Source: a virus
Taxonomy: Duplodnaviria > Caudoviricetes
Virus record (IMG/VR): IMGVR_UViG_3300044711_000095
Span: 18,540-82,539 of that record
Strand: one strand, 5' to 3'
DNA: 64,000 bases
A program made the position numbers and the translations under genes. Below the pieces are notes generated by a model. That model did not search any database. It was not told the origin of the DNA and was given only the letters and a program-made list of their open reading frames with translations. Below, in pieces: positions 29,125-39,653 of this stretch; within the stretch, counting starts at the first letter, position 1; every line of letters starts with the position of its first letter.

Positions 29125-29477
29125 GCACCTGCCCGTTCTGCGAGATCGTCGCCCGCCGCGCCCCCGCCACGATCGTCCAGTGGTGGGAGGGAGCCATGGC
29201 GATCATCCCACTGAACCCCGTCGTCCCCGGCCACCTGATCGTGATCCCGAACCGGCACGTCCCTGACGCCCTCACCGACCCCGCACTGACCGGACACGTC
29301 ATGGAGTGCGCCGCCAAGGTCGCCACCGCACCGTGCAACCTCATCACCTCCGTCGGCCAAGAGGCCACACAGTCCGTGTTCCACTTACATATCCACGTCG
29401 TGCCGCGCGCCGCCGATGATGGGCTCGCTCTCCCCTGGTACTCCGGACGCCGGAGCCGGAAAGGACAAGCCCAGTGA
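29121..29477 (+). CDS. HIT-family hydrolase
   Basis: CPFCEIV, PGHLIVIP, QSVFHLHIHVVPR. Confidence 0.92.
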   Translation: MSTCPFCEIVARRAPATIVQWWEGAMAIIPLNPVVPGHLIVIPNRHVPDALTDPALTGHVMECAAKVATAPCNLITSVGQEATQSVFHLHIHVVPRAADDGLALPWYSGRRSRKGQAQ

Positions 29478-29770
29478 GTGACGACCGGACGACTGTGGAT
29501 GCCCGGGTCGAGTGGGGCAACCGGTGGCCTGACGGGGAGGTCGAGGTCGAGTACGGCGTCAGCTGCCCCGGCTGCGGGTGGCCCGGCTACATGGGGCCCG
29601 ACGACTCCGCCCGTGAGCGCCGTGAGTGGCAGCGGGAGGCCGACCGGGCAGTCATCGAACGGCGCGACGGGCCCGGCCCGTGCGGCTGCCACTGCCACAA
29701 GCGCCTCGACGAGTGGGACCAGTGCCCGATCTGCACCAGCGGCTACTCGAACCTGTGCGAACCGCCGTGA
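29474..29770 (+). CDS. Cys-rich hypothetical protein
   Basis: CPGCG, CGCHCH, CPIC motifs. Confidence 0.55.
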   Translation: MSDDRTTVDARVEWGNRWPDGEVEVEYGVSCPGCGWPGYMGPDDSARERREWQREADRAVIERRDGPGPCGCHCHKRLDEWDQCPICTSGYSNLCEPP

Positions 29771-29774
29771 CGTA

Positions 29775-29990
29775 TCAGATGATCGTGACCCGGTCGACGG
29801 AGCCGTCAGGTTCCTGGAGTAGGAGTTTCCCCCCGGAGCGCTGGTTGGTGGTGACGAGGTGGTAAAGGTGGACGGCCCTGTTGACGATGGTCGTCTTGTT
29901 CAACCCTTCTACCTCGACCAGTTCGGCGAGCTGGGACCTGGTCTGGGTGGAAAGTTCCACCACAAGACGCGGGTTGGCAGGTTCAGTCAT
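29775..29990 (-). CDS. RHH (CopG-like) regulator, leaderless
   Basis: RLVVELS..L.EL...GLNKTTIVNRAV; TAACAT 6 nt before ATG. Confidence 0.75.
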   Translation of the reverse strand: MTEPANPRLVVELSTQTRSQLAELVEVEGLNKTTIVNRAVHLYHLVTTNQRSGGKLLLQEPDGSVDRVTII

Positions 29991-30139
29991 ACTCGGATGT
30001 TACTGGGATGACACTCCACTGTCATCGGCCGGGCACGGGGCTACCATGGCCACGACCCACCAGGGCAGCCCCCGCGGGGTCTGTGGTGAGGCGGCCCTCC
30101 TGTTGCGACCGGGAGGGCCGCAGCCACGTGTGGCGTCCT

Positions 30140-30286
30140 TCACGCGGCGTCGACGCGGTTCTTGGCCCGCCGCCCGGTCGGTTTCGGGGCGAGCGCCCAC
30201 CGGTGGAACAGGACCCCGAACGCGAACGCGGTGATGACCGCGAGAGTCCACCCGGCGATGGACAGGACGTCGAGCCAGCGCAGCAC
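30140..30286 (-). CDS. Small membrane protein
   Basis: GGAG + GTG; one TM helix. Confidence 0.5.
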   Translation of the reverse strand: MLRWLDVLSIAGWTLAVITAFAFGVLFHRWALAPKPTGRRAKNRVDAA

Positions 30287-30473
30287 GGGGGCACTCCAAC
30301 GGGGGCGTTGCGGGAGGGGTGGGGCCGGCCCCCGCCAGCAGTCCAAGGGTACCCATTCAAGGTCACGGAATGGGCGCGAACGGGTCGGCCGGGCTGGTCC
30401 TGACCTCGGGAGTTCAGCCGATACGTGCGTGCTACACGTGTTACGTAGGCGACACACGTAGTACGCTATCTGC

Positions 30474-30662
30474 ATGACCGAAACTCCGCTCCCCAAGAAA
30501 CGAGTGGCCCTGTCCCTCACCGGCGAGGAGCAACGCCGGCTCCGCATCCGAGCCTCCGTCGACGGAAAAACGATGTCCGCGTGGGTCATGGACCAGGTCT
30601 CGGCGGCCGAGAACAACACGGCCGCGCACCCCGCCCGCGAAGAAAACGGGGCACGCAAGTAG
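30474..30662 (+). CDS. RHH regulator, leaderless
   Basis: KRVALSLTGEEQRRLRIRASVDGKTMSAWV; TACGCT 6 nt before ATG. Confidence 0.75.
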   Translation: MTETPLPKKRVALSLTGEEQRRLRIRASVDGKTMSAWVMDQVSAAENNTAAHPAREENGARK

Positions 30663-30710
30663 ACCCCACACCCCGTAGGGCAACAACACCCCAACCACGA
30701 GAGGGGCAAC

Positions 30711-31859
30711 GTGGCGACACGCGCCTCCGACATCGAGAAACTCCTCCGCCACGCCGAAACCCAAGGCTGGCGGATAGAGGCCAGGAAGAAATGCTTCATC
30801 GCGTTCCCACCACTCGATGCACCCGACCCGAAACCCGTGTCCATACCAAAATCACCGAACGGAATCAGGATGATCCAGAACGTGACCTCTGCGTTACGGC
30901 GCGGAGGATTCAACCCCGACACCGACCGCCACGAAGCCGTAACTACCGCCATCGAGTCCGGCCACCGCGACATCGTCCCCTCCAGCCGAACCAACCCCCC
31001 GCCCACCCGTGAGCAGGTCGAAGTGAGACTGAACGGTGCACCCCTCGTAGCGAACGGCCGGCCCGTCAACGGCGCCCACAAGGCACCCGTGACCGTCATC
31101 ACCAGGGAACCCGTCCCCGGCAGGCCCGGTATCGAACAGGTCCTCCTGTCCGACGGCGCGGAAGTGTTCGGGTGCGCGATCTGCCCAGACCTGCGGGCCC
31201 GCACCGCCAGCGAAGCAGCCAACCACCACCACCACAACCACACCATGAACCGCGGGAGGGACGGCGAACCGGCACCCGCCGGGACCCTGATCGCCGCCAT
31301 CCTCCGCGACGAAATCGTCACCGGTAGCGGCGGTTGGACGTACGGGCAGAACATGCCCACGGGCCGGGACCTCGCCGCCCGGTTCGGGGTGTCCGGGTTC
31401 ACCATCTCTCAAGCGTTCAAACCGTTGATCGCCGAAGGGCTGGTCTCCACCCAGGCTGGCCATCGTGCGGTCGTCACCTACAAGCCCGCCCCCGCCCTCG
31501 CCGTGACCCCGGAGCCCACCATGCCGACGCCACCCACACCTGCCCTGCTCGCCGGGTCCGTCCGCCCGGTCACGGCACCCGCCAAGCCCACCCCACCAGC
31601 CCGACCCGCAGCGACCGCACCGGACCCGCAGGCCGAGATCCTGAAGGTGATCGGGCAGTTGCGGGACATCGCCGGGCAACTCGACGACGGCGGCGCCTCC
31701 GCAGCCCAGGCCGCGGAACTACGCCGGCAGGTCGCGCAGTCGAACGCGGAACGTGACTCGGCCCTCGCGAAAGCCAACGCCGCCACCACCCGCGCCGACA
31801 AGGCCGAGAAGGAGCTGGAGGCGTTGAAGGGCGCGTTGAAGGTCATCCAGTCGCTGTAG
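30711..31859 (+). CDS. Multidomain protein: HicA-like N-terminus, Zn finger, GntR winged helix, coiled coil
   Basis: LLRHAETQGWRIE..VSIPKSP; FGCAIC..HHHH; ILRDEIVTG..MPTGRDLAARFGVS..ISQAFKPLIAEGLV. Confidence 0.7.
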   Translation: MATRASDIEKLLRHAETQGWRIEARKKCFIAFPPLDAPDPKPVSIPKSPNGIRMIQNVTSALRRGGFNPDTDRHEAVTTAIESGHRDIVPSSRTNPPPTREQVEVRLNGAPLVANGRPVNGAHKAPVTVITREPVPGRPGIEQVLLSDGAEVFGCAICPDLRARTASEAANHHHHNHTMNRGRDGEPAPAGTLIAAILRDEIVTGSGGWTYGQNMPTGRDLAARFGVSGFTISQAFKPLIAEGLVSTQAGHRAVVTYKPAPALAVTPEPTMPTPPTPALLAGSVRPVTAPAKPTPPARPAATAPDPQAEILKVIGQLRDIAGQLDDGGASAAQAAELRRQVAQSNAERDSALAKANAATTRADKAEKELEALKGALKVIQSL

Positions 31860-32075
31860 GGAAGGTGCGACGGCTTCCGCGTTTCTGGACATTCTCCGCG
31901 CTGATGATCGAACGGGTAGTGTTGCCCGCGTAAAGAGTTAGCCCCGGCACGGCGGTAACCGTCCGGGGCTGATCGACCAAGCTGAGCGTCCTGGAGAACC
32001 TGTGGCCGATGAGCCGATCCTACCTGCCCCCGTGTTCGCTGCGCAGCGCCCGTCCACCATGCGGGTCGTGGCGTA

Positions 32076-32576
32076 GTGGCATGGACGAAGACCTCCGATG
32101 ACTTCCCCGACGACTGCTGGACTCTCTCGGACGCCGCGTACCGGCTCCACCACGAGGGCCTGACCTGGTCGAACCGGAAGCTCCTCGACTGCCTGATCCC
32201 CAAGGACGACCTCCGCAGGTTCGCCAAGTGCCCCGATGCTGTTGGTGAGCTGCTGGCCTGCGGGTACTGGTCGGAGGAGGGCGACGCATACGCGATCCGC
32301 CACCACGCCGCCTACCAGCGCTCACGCGAGCAGGTTGTCGCGCTGCAGGAGCGCAACCAGCGGAACGGCAAGGCGGGCGGTCGTCCGAAGAAGCCGGGCC
32401 GCGAGATCTGGACTCCCGAAACCCAACTGGGTTCCCAGATGGAAACCCAGGGGGTCAGGACAGGTCAAGGACAGGCTCTGGAAGAAGAGGTCCATGGGTT
32501 GAACGAGAACTTGGCGTGTTCGTGGTGTCGCGGCGAGGGTTGTCCGCAGTGCCGTCCTGACATGTTCGGCGGGTAG
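32076..32576 (+). CDS. Replication-initiator N-terminal-like protein
   Basis: MAWTKTSDDF..AAYRLH..LDCLIP..LLACGYW..NGKAGGRP pattern of actinophage Rep N-termini. Confidence 0.55.
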   Translation: MAWTKTSDDFPDDCWTLSDAAYRLHHEGLTWSNRKLLDCLIPKDDLRRFAKCPDAVGELLACGYWSEEGDAYAIRHHAAYQRSREQVVALQERNQRNGKAGGRPKKPGREIWTPETQLGSQMETQGVRTGQGQALEEEVHGLNENLACSWCRGEGCPQCRPDMFGG

Positions 32577-32587
32577 CCCGGACGCGA

Positions 32588-32621
32588 GTGTGGCCCCCCG
32601 CTGGCAGGTGGGGGGCCACAC
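32588..32621. terminator. Hairpin between convergent genes
   Basis: GTGTGGCCCCCC / GGGGGGCCACAC 12-bp inverted repeat. Confidence 0.65.
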
Positions 32622-32650
32622 GTATTCCTCCGGACTGACGGTCGGGAGGG

Positions 32651-32881
32651 TCAGAGCAGGACGTTCCGGAAGACGCCGAGCGCGTCGCTGGTCTGCCGGT
32701 CGGTCGGGAGGTCGCCTTGCTGTGTGGGCCGGAACGTGACCCGGGAGGTCCAGGTGGCGGGGTCGTGGTCGACTTCGTCGATGGTCTGGTATTCGCCGAG
32801 CAGGTTGGGCCCGACGATGGCCCCGATGTTGCCGGTCTGGTCGCCGGGGTAGGTGGCGTGGCGGCGGTTGTCGAACAGCAT
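32651..32881 (-). CDS. Hypothetical protein
   Basis: AGGAGG RBS; 76 aa. Confidence 0.65.
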   Translation of the reverse strand: MLFDNRRHATYPGDQTGNIGAIVGPNLLGEYQTIDEVDHDPATWTSRVTFRPTQQGDLPTDRQTSDALGVFRNVLL

Positions 32882-32902
32882 GCGTGGTCCTCCTTTGGTG
32901 GG

Positions 32903-33238
32903 TCAGGCGTGTCCGGCGGCTATGTGGGTGTCGAGGCGCATACGGAGCACGGAGTTCTCGGCCCTCAGCTCCGCGACCTCGGATCGCAGGCCGATGACTT
33001 CGCTCTGGAGTCTGACGATCTGGATGGCCAGAGGGGTTTCCCGTTTCCGGGTCGAGTCCCGGAGATCCCTGAACGCCTCGACGTCCCTCCGGCGGTACTT
33101 GCGGCGGCCCTTGCGGTGGTCACCGCCTCCGGTCCGTTCGGCGGGTTCGATCGGAAGCCTGGGGACGGTGGTCCGGTCGACCCCGAGTAGCTCGGCGACT
33201 TGCTGCACTCCGAGCAGTTCGTTGGGGTCGTTCGGCAC
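32903..33238 (-). CDS. MerR/excisionase-like HTH with coiled coil
   Basis: LLGVQQVAELLGVDRTTV..RKYRRRDVEAF; AGGAGG + GTG. Confidence 0.7.
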   Translation of the reverse strand: MPNDPNELLGVQQVAELLGVDRTTVPRLPIEPAERTGGGDHRKGRRKYRRRDVEAFRDLRDSTRKRETPLAIQIVRLQSEVIGLRSEVAELRAENSVLRMRLDTHIAAGHA

Positions 33239-33413
33239 GTTCCTCCTCCTTGGCGTGTAGGTACCCCCGAGGTCTCGGTACCCGCCGGGCAAGAGTAGGT
33301 GCAGGCCAGGCATGCTCCCCATCATACAGATTGCGGCATAGTTGCGTTAGACCGCGTCTAGAAGCTACGGTGGAGGGGAGCCACCAACTTCCCCCACCGA
33401 ACGGAACCCCCTC

Positions 33414-36284
33414 ATGTCCCTCGCCGAATGGGCCGTCCTGCAGGCCCTGTCCGCCGGTGACGACCGGACCGCCACATCGGCCAGCCCCGTCCGCTGCGAG
33501 GGCTGCGACGGCCGCCGGACCGACGTCCTCACGAACCGGCCGCGCCGTGTCTTCGGCATCCGCATCGGGTGGATCAACGAGGCGTGGTGTACGGCCTGCT
33601 ACCGCCGGGACGTCGAACGGTCCATCCCCCGCCGCACCGAGGTGTGGTGGCTCCCGGGGGGCCACCCGACGACGTGGGGTCCCCTCCTGGAGTCCCTCCC
33701 CGAGGACGGCGTCTCCTGTGCCTGCTGCGCGGGGGTCCGCGGACCCATCGAGTACGCGGTGTGGGAGCCCACCGACGCGCCGGGCGCGGCCGTGGAGTCC
33801 GCGTGGCTGGTCTGCACCCGCGACTTCGACGACGCCCACCGGGACGACGTGTGGCCCGCCGGCACCACAGCCGCGTACATCGGCCGCCAGTACGACGATG
33901 GCGCCATCGAAGCCGCTGACGCCGCGTACGACGACCGGGTGGCCCTGCACTTCGCGAAGGACACGAAATGACCGGCCCCGCCGCCGGGGTCCTGTACGTG
34001 ACCGCAGAAACGGCCCGGCACCTCGCCGCCGTCGAACACGACCTGGCCGTCACGGCCGCCGAACTCGCCGACTACCGGACATCCCTGGATTTGGTCCACG
34101 ACGCGGTCGCTGAGGCGTGGATCGCCCGTTCCCTGCCCGGCACGGACCCGTCGGCCATCCTCGAACGCCTCATCGACAAGATCACCGCCGCTGCCCCGGC
34201 ACCGGCCAACCCGAACCGGAGCGCACCGTGACCGTCCAGACCACCACCTCCGATGCGGCATTCGCTGCCCGTATCCGGGCTCTGCGCGCCGCGCAGTGGT
34301 TCGCCGCCGAGTACGCGGCCCTGAAGTCCGCGGACCTGTCCAGGGTCCGGGCCACGATGACCCGCCCCTGGGCCCGCCACCAGGCGATCAGCTGCCTGGT
34401 CGCGTCCGCCGGGTTCGGGCTGTTCGGGTGGGCGTTCGGGGTGTCCCTGATCTTCCTCGCGATGATCCCGTTGGGTGTCGCGGTCCCGGTCGCCGGGGAC
34501 GTCCTCGCGAAGCGGCACCGGACGGGGGAGCCGTTGACGGGCCGGGTCGTCGCCGACGTCCTGGTCACGTCGATCGCGGTCACCGTCCCCATCATCGCCG
34601 GTGCGGTGATCTTCGCGCTGGTCCTGCAGCGGTTCCTCGGTGGGGGCGCCCCGTGAGCATGTTCATTGCGTTGGCCCAGTCCGCTGGTGACCGGATCGCC
34701 GCCCGCCACCGGCCCCCCGGCCAGGCGGTCACGACCCACGCGGGACCCGCCACCCCGCCCGTGGTCGACGTGCCCCTCGCATGGGTGGAGGCGTTCGAGG
34801 AGGGGATGGCCCGGTACGGGTGGACCCGGTCCACCACCGGCCGGCCCGGCGCCGGCCGGGAGTACCACGACCCTGATCACGTCCTCGCCGCGACAGCCCT
34901 CGTGGTCCTCGCCGACATGGTCCACACCGGGCGGGTCACCGCGGACCAGCTCGCCGGCCTCACCCCACCCCTGTCGACCGCCCAACTGCCCGCACCGGCC
35001 CGACCCGCGCTGGAGGCCCCACAATGACCCGCCCCGACCTGTCGCCCGTCACCGCCGCCCTGGCCCCCATCGTGCCCGTCACCCACGCCGGGTGGGGCCA
35101 CCTGCCGCACCCGAACCCCCAGGTCGAGGCACAGTGCGACCGGCTCCCCGACGACGTGTTCCGCCTCCACACCGGCGACGCCGCCGCCCTGAACCGGCTC
35201 GCCGCAGTCTCCGTCCCGTTCTCGTTCCCCGCCCCCGGTGAGGCGTCCAGCCCCGTCCGTCGGGCCGAGCACTGGACGGACGGGGCGTGGGACGGGTACG
35301 TCACGTTCCACGCCGACCAGGCGGCCGACGTCACCGCGTGGGCGTGGGCGCTACGGCAACTCACGGCCGTCCAACTCGATCAGGTCCTGGTGGGGCTGTC
35401 CGGTGTCCACTTCCGGGACGACATCGCCGTGTTCGTGGAGCGGGTCAAGGGGTTCGCGTGGGGGGTGCCGGCGTGAGCAGGGACGCGACGATGCGGGCCC
35501 GGGTCACCCTGTGGGCCGTCGCGGGGGCCGTCGGGTGGGTGGCGTCCCACGTGACGTTCCCGGCGCCGTGGGGCGCGTTCGACATGGGCGTGTCCGGCCA
35601 CGGCCGCTTGTTCTGGGCCGCGTTCGCGGTGCTGGCTGGGTGGAACCTGGCCCGCCACTACCGCGACCCCGGCCGTCGCCGCGCGACCCCGCCGCCCGCG
35701 GGTCCGACCGTCCAGGTCGTCCCGCCGTCCACCACCACTCAGCCGACCGTCCGGGTGGAGGTGCCCCAGTGAGCGAGGGCACCGAACTGGACGTCGTGGA
35801 CGTCGACGTCGAGGACACCCCCGGAACCGACCTCGCCATCCCTGGGGAGGCCGCCCTGGAGGAGGTCGTCGACGGGGTGATCGAACCGGAGGACACCGAG
35901 CCCGGGGAGATCGTCGTTGACGACATCGGACTGGCGTACCCGGAGCACCAGCCCCGGCAGGCCACGTCGGACGCCGCCGACGCGGCGACCACTGGTGAGG
36001 GATTCTCCGGCGCTGGCTTCAAGTGGACGAAGGACGGCACCGGGAACGGACCCGGCGGGGGCGGCGGAAGGTCGAAGCCGGGCCGGCGCAGGCTGGGGCG
36101 CCGCGGTTCCGGCGGTGGTGGCGGTTCGGGGGGTGGGTTCCATTTCTCCCTGATCGGCGCGATCTTCCCGAACGCCGCCTTGATCAAGACAGGGTCGATT
36201 GCCTCGAACAACGCGTCCGGCAACGCCCCGTCCGTGATCTCCACCGGTCGACCCGCCCGCAAGCCCCGCCCCCGACGGAAGTGA
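33414..36284 (+). CDS. Seven coupled ORFs upstream of traB, including membrane proteins (33414-33971, 33968-34231, 34228-34656, 34653-35027, 35024-35476, 35473-35772, 35769-36284)
   Basis: ATGA/GTGA coupling into traB; TM helices in 34228 and 35473 (Spd-like position). Confidence 0.65.
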
Positions 36285-36294
36285 GGTGCCAGCC

Positions 36295-38496
36295 GTGACG
36301 ACCTTCGATGAGGCCCCCACCACCACGACCAACCCCGGTGTCACGACGGGCGCCGACATCGTCGGTGACGCCACCGACGCGTTGAAGGCCGCCACCGGCC
36401 GTGTCGCGCCCGCCGCTGGCGCTGCCGCGGCCCGGACCAGGGACGCGGGCCGCAAGGCCGCCGAGAGCGCCGGGAAGGCCGCCAGGGGCTCCCTACGGCT
36501 CATGGTGGCCGGCCTGGCCACGGCGTGGCCGGCGTACCTCGACTGGCGGGCCGTCACCGAAGCCGACCCCGACATCGACGCCGCCCGCGCCGCCGGGTCC
36601 TTCGACCGGGTGAAAGATTTCCAGGCGCAGCAGCGCAACGAGGCCCTGCACCGCACCGAGCTGGCCGCCGCCGCCGCCCGCGTCGGTGTCGCGGTCCTGT
36701 TCGGCGGGTGGCTCCTCGCGACCATCGCCCACGTCGCGGCCTGCGCCGCCGCGTTCGCGATCTCCCGGGAGATGAAACCGAACCCGCAGAAGTTCCCCGA
36801 ACCGAAGGCCCGCGCCCAGGTCCGGTTCCGTCACGCCCTGGTCGCCGCCCTCGTTTCCGCGGCCCTGACGTTCGTGGACGCCGCCGTCCTCGGCGTCGGA
36901 TGGGGGGTCCTGCCGTTCACCGCCCACCCGGCGGGGTTCTGCTGGGGCTGGGACCGCGTGTTCCTGGCCTGGCCGGGCGCGGCGCTGGTCCTGGTGCTGT
37001 TGGCGCTCATGAAGATGGCGTGGAACGGGACCGTCGCCGATGACCTGCCGTCCGACCTGGCGCCCGCCGAGGTGGAGAAAGTCGACACCACCGAGAACGT
37101 GATCATCGCCGCGTTGAAGGCGTCCTCGATCAAACTGCCCCCCGACGCCGACCCGGCCATCGTGTCGCCCGGCGTCACCTGGCACGCCGGCGGCACCGTG
37201 TGGCGCTGCCACCTCGACACCGCCAAGGGCGGCCGGGGCCCGTCCGCCGCACCCATCGTCGAACCGAAACCCGCCGAAGACTTCGCTGCCCGCCTCGGCC
37301 TCGGCCCGAAGCGTCTCCACATGCACATCGACCCTGACCTCGGGTCCCGCGTCGAACTGATCGGCGTCATCGGCGACCCGTGGGGTCCCCCGACCAGGTC
37401 CCCGCTGATGGACGTCGACCGGTGGGACCTGTGGCAGGGCGTCCCGTTCGGGATGGACATCATGAAGCAGCGGGTCGACGTTCAGGTCGCGTTCCGTAAC
37501 CGCCTCCACGGCGGCGCACCCGACGCTGGGAAGTCCACCTCCACGTACCCGGTGCAGGCCGCGTTCGTCCTGTCCCCGAACTCCCGGCTGTGGGTCCTGG
37601 ACGGCGGGGAAGTCGACACGAAACCGCTGTACGACCACGGGCTGACCTACCGGTGGTGCAACAACAACCAGGACGACGCCCTCGACATCCTCATGGAGCT
37701 GGACGCGGAGGTGGAGCGCCGGCAGACGATGCTCGGCGAGTACGGGAAGGACCACCCCCGGCTGGGGAAGAAGGTTTCTCTCCAGTTCTTCGCCGATCAC
37801 GGCCTCGGGTTCGACCTGCTGCTGTGGGACGAGATGGCCACGTTCACCAACTCCGGGGACAAGGCCCTCGCCCGGGACATCATGAAAACCGGTACGTCGA
37901 TCTTCCAGCGGTGCCGGAAGGTCGGGATCCACGTCCTGCTGTCCACCCAATCCCCGTCCAGTCTCGCGATCGACACGGACGGCCGGGACGTCATCTCCGA
38001 CCGGTACGCCCTGGCCTGCTCCACCCCCCAAATGTCCGACAAGATCCTCGGGCAGGGGCATGTCGCCGAGGGAACGAACGCCGCGAAACTGACCGTCGGG
38101 GACCGCCTCGGGTACCTGTCGGACTCCTCCGGGGACCGCCTGGTCCGTGCGGACTACCTCACCGACGACGACATGGACATCGTGTACGCCCGCGGGAAAG
38201 CCCTACGGAAGGGCCGCGTGGACACCAGGGCCGGGTCGGTCCCCCCGCTGGTGTCCGCGGCGGTACGTCTGCTGCGGGAGCGGGGCGTCGAGTGGATGCA
38301 CACCGCGGAAGTCGTGGGCCGGCTGCGCGCGGCCGGCCATGACCTGTCGGAGGGTGTGAAGGGGCAGCGGGAGTTGGCTGCCGCCCTGAAGCCGTTCGGT
38401 GCCGCGTCGGTCGAGGTGCGCGCCGATGGGGGCCGCGCCCGGTACCTGCTGGACGACCTGGAGGCCGCCCTCCGCAAGGCTGGTGGCGGACAGTGA
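36295..38496 (+). CDS. traB: TraB-like FtsK/SpoIIIE conjugative DNA translocase
   Basis: N-terminal TMs; HGGAPDAGKST Walker A; LLLWDEMA Walker B; RKVGIHVLLSTQSP; C-terminal winged helix. Confidence 0.88.
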   Translation: MTTFDEAPTTTTNPGVTTGADIVGDATDALKAATGRVAPAAGAAAARTRDAGRKAAESAGKAARGSLRLMVAGLATAWPAYLDWRAVTEADPDIDAARAAGSFDRVKDFQAQQRNEALHRTELAAAAARVGVAVLFGGWLLATIAHVAACAAAFAISREMKPNPQKFPEPKARAQVRFRHALVAALVSAALTFVDAAVLGVGWGVLPFTAHPAGFCWGWDRVFLAWPGAALVLVLLALMKMAWNGTVADDLPSDLAPAEVEKVDTTENVIIAALKASSIKLPPDADPAIVSPGVTWHAGGTVWRCHLDTAKGGRGPSAAPIVEPKPAEDFAARLGLGPKRLHMHIDPDLGSRVELIGVIGDPWGPPTRSPLMDVDRWDLWQGVPFGMDIMKQRVDVQVAFRNRLHGGAPDAGKSTSTYPVQAAFVLSPNSRLWVLDGGEVDTKPLYDHGLTYRWCNNNQDDALDILMELDAEVERRQTMLGEYGKDHPRLGKKVSLQFFADHGLGFDLLLWDEMATFTNSGDKALARDIMKTGTSIFQRCRKVGIHVLLSTQSPSSLAIDTDGRDVISDRYALACSTPQMSDKILGQGHVAEGTNAAKLTVGDRLGYLSDSSGDRLVRADYLTDDDMDIVYARGKALRKGRVDTRAGSVPPLVSAAVRLLRERGVEWMHTAEVVGRLRAAGHDLSEGVKGQRELAAALKPFGAASVEVRADGGRARYLLDDLEAALRKAGGGQ

Positions 38497-38497
38497 C

Positions 38498-38636
38498 GAC
38501 CCCTGCGGTGACTCCTGCCGCGACCCCTGGCCGACCCCTGCGGCATCCCTGCACGTCAGGGGTAACACATGACCCCCGCAGGGGTCCCGCAGGGGTTCGT
38601 GCAGGGGTCCCGCAGGCCAGCCCGAAACAACCCCTG
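38498..38636. repeat. clt-like array of 8-mer repeats (GACCCCTG / CAGGGGTC)
   Basis: GACCCCTG or near copies at 38498, 38510, 38522, 38533, 38544, 38571, 38629; inverted CAGGGGTN at 38557, 38579, 38590, 38602. Confidence 0.75.
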
Positions 38637-38681
38637 TCGTCACCGAATGTGACGCTTGTATCGATACAGGACGGAGCCGAG

Positions 38682-39653
38682 ATGGCGCCCGAGACGACCT
38701 ACCCGGCCGCCCCTGCGGCGCCCACCCACCCACAGCGCGCCGACGCCGCCCGCCTGCGCGACGAAGCCCGCCAGGTCCGCACCGCCAGCTCGGTCCTGCC
38801 CTGGGTGCTGGCCCTCCTCGGCCTCGGGAGCCTCGCCTTCACGATGGTCAACGTCTTCACCCTCGCCGTGAAGCACGGTGTCCCCCGGGAAATCGCGTGG
38901 CTCTTGGACCCGCTGATGTCCATCAGCCTCCTCGCCGTACTCATCGGCGACTCCGTCCTGTCCCGGTTCGGGGTCCGCTCCCCGGCCTGGGCTCAGACCC
39001 TCAAGTACGCCGCCGGCCTCGCCACCCTCGCCATGAACATCTGGCAACCGGTCGCCGACCACGACCGTGCCGGGGTCCTCATCCACGCGTCCGTCCCGGC
39101 CCTACTGGTGCTGCTCGCCGAAGCCACCCCGGCCATCCGGCGTCTGTTCAGCGACCTCGCCGACGACCTTCACCGACGCGCCCTGGCGGCCGAACTGGAT
39201 GCCGACGAGAAGGACGCCGCCAACGCCCGCCGGAAGGCCATCGACGACGCCGCGACGGCCGCCGAGATCGCCCGCCTCGACGCGGAACGGAAGGCCGCTG
39301 AGAAGGTCGCCCGAGCGGCCGACAAGGACACCCCGAGGACCACCTCGACGTCCGCCCCACCGCCCCCGCGACGGACGTCCAAGAAGGACGCCCACGCCCT
39401 GCCACCTGGCCTTACGCCCAACGAAATCGCCGTCTACTCGATCATGCTGGGGCGGGGGCAGATGACCCGGGCGTCCATCTTCACCGACTCCGGGCTGCCC
39501 GAACGGGGCGCCAAGGACGCCCTCGAACGGCTCTGCTCCCGCGGCCTTGTCGCGTCCGTCAGCCGGGGCGTGTACGAGACGTCGGGGCCCGCTGACCCTG
39601 AGCCAGAAATGGACGCCGCCGCGGTCGCCGAGACGGCCGGTGAAGGGTCGTGA
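38682..39653 (+). CDS. DUF2637/Spd-like membrane protein with C-terminal wHTH
   Basis: Four TM helices (AWLLDPL, TLAMNIW, IHASVPALLV) then coiled coil and LTPNEIAVYSIML..ALERLCSRGLV. Confidence 0.75.
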   Translation: MAPETTYPAAPAAPTHPQRADAARLRDEARQVRTASSVLPWVLALLGLGSLAFTMVNVFTLAVKHGVPREIAWLLDPLMSISLLAVLIGDSVLSRFGVRSPAWAQTLKYAAGLATLAMNIWQPVADHDRAGVLIHASVPALLVLLAEATPAIRRLFSDLADDLHRRALAAELDADEKDAANARRKAIDDAATAAEIARLDAERKAAEKVARAADKDTPRTTSTSAPPPPRRTSKKDAHALPPGLTPNEIAVYSIMLGRGQMTRASIFTDSGLPERGAKDALERLCSRGLVASVSRGVYETSGPADPEPEMDAAAVAETAGEGS

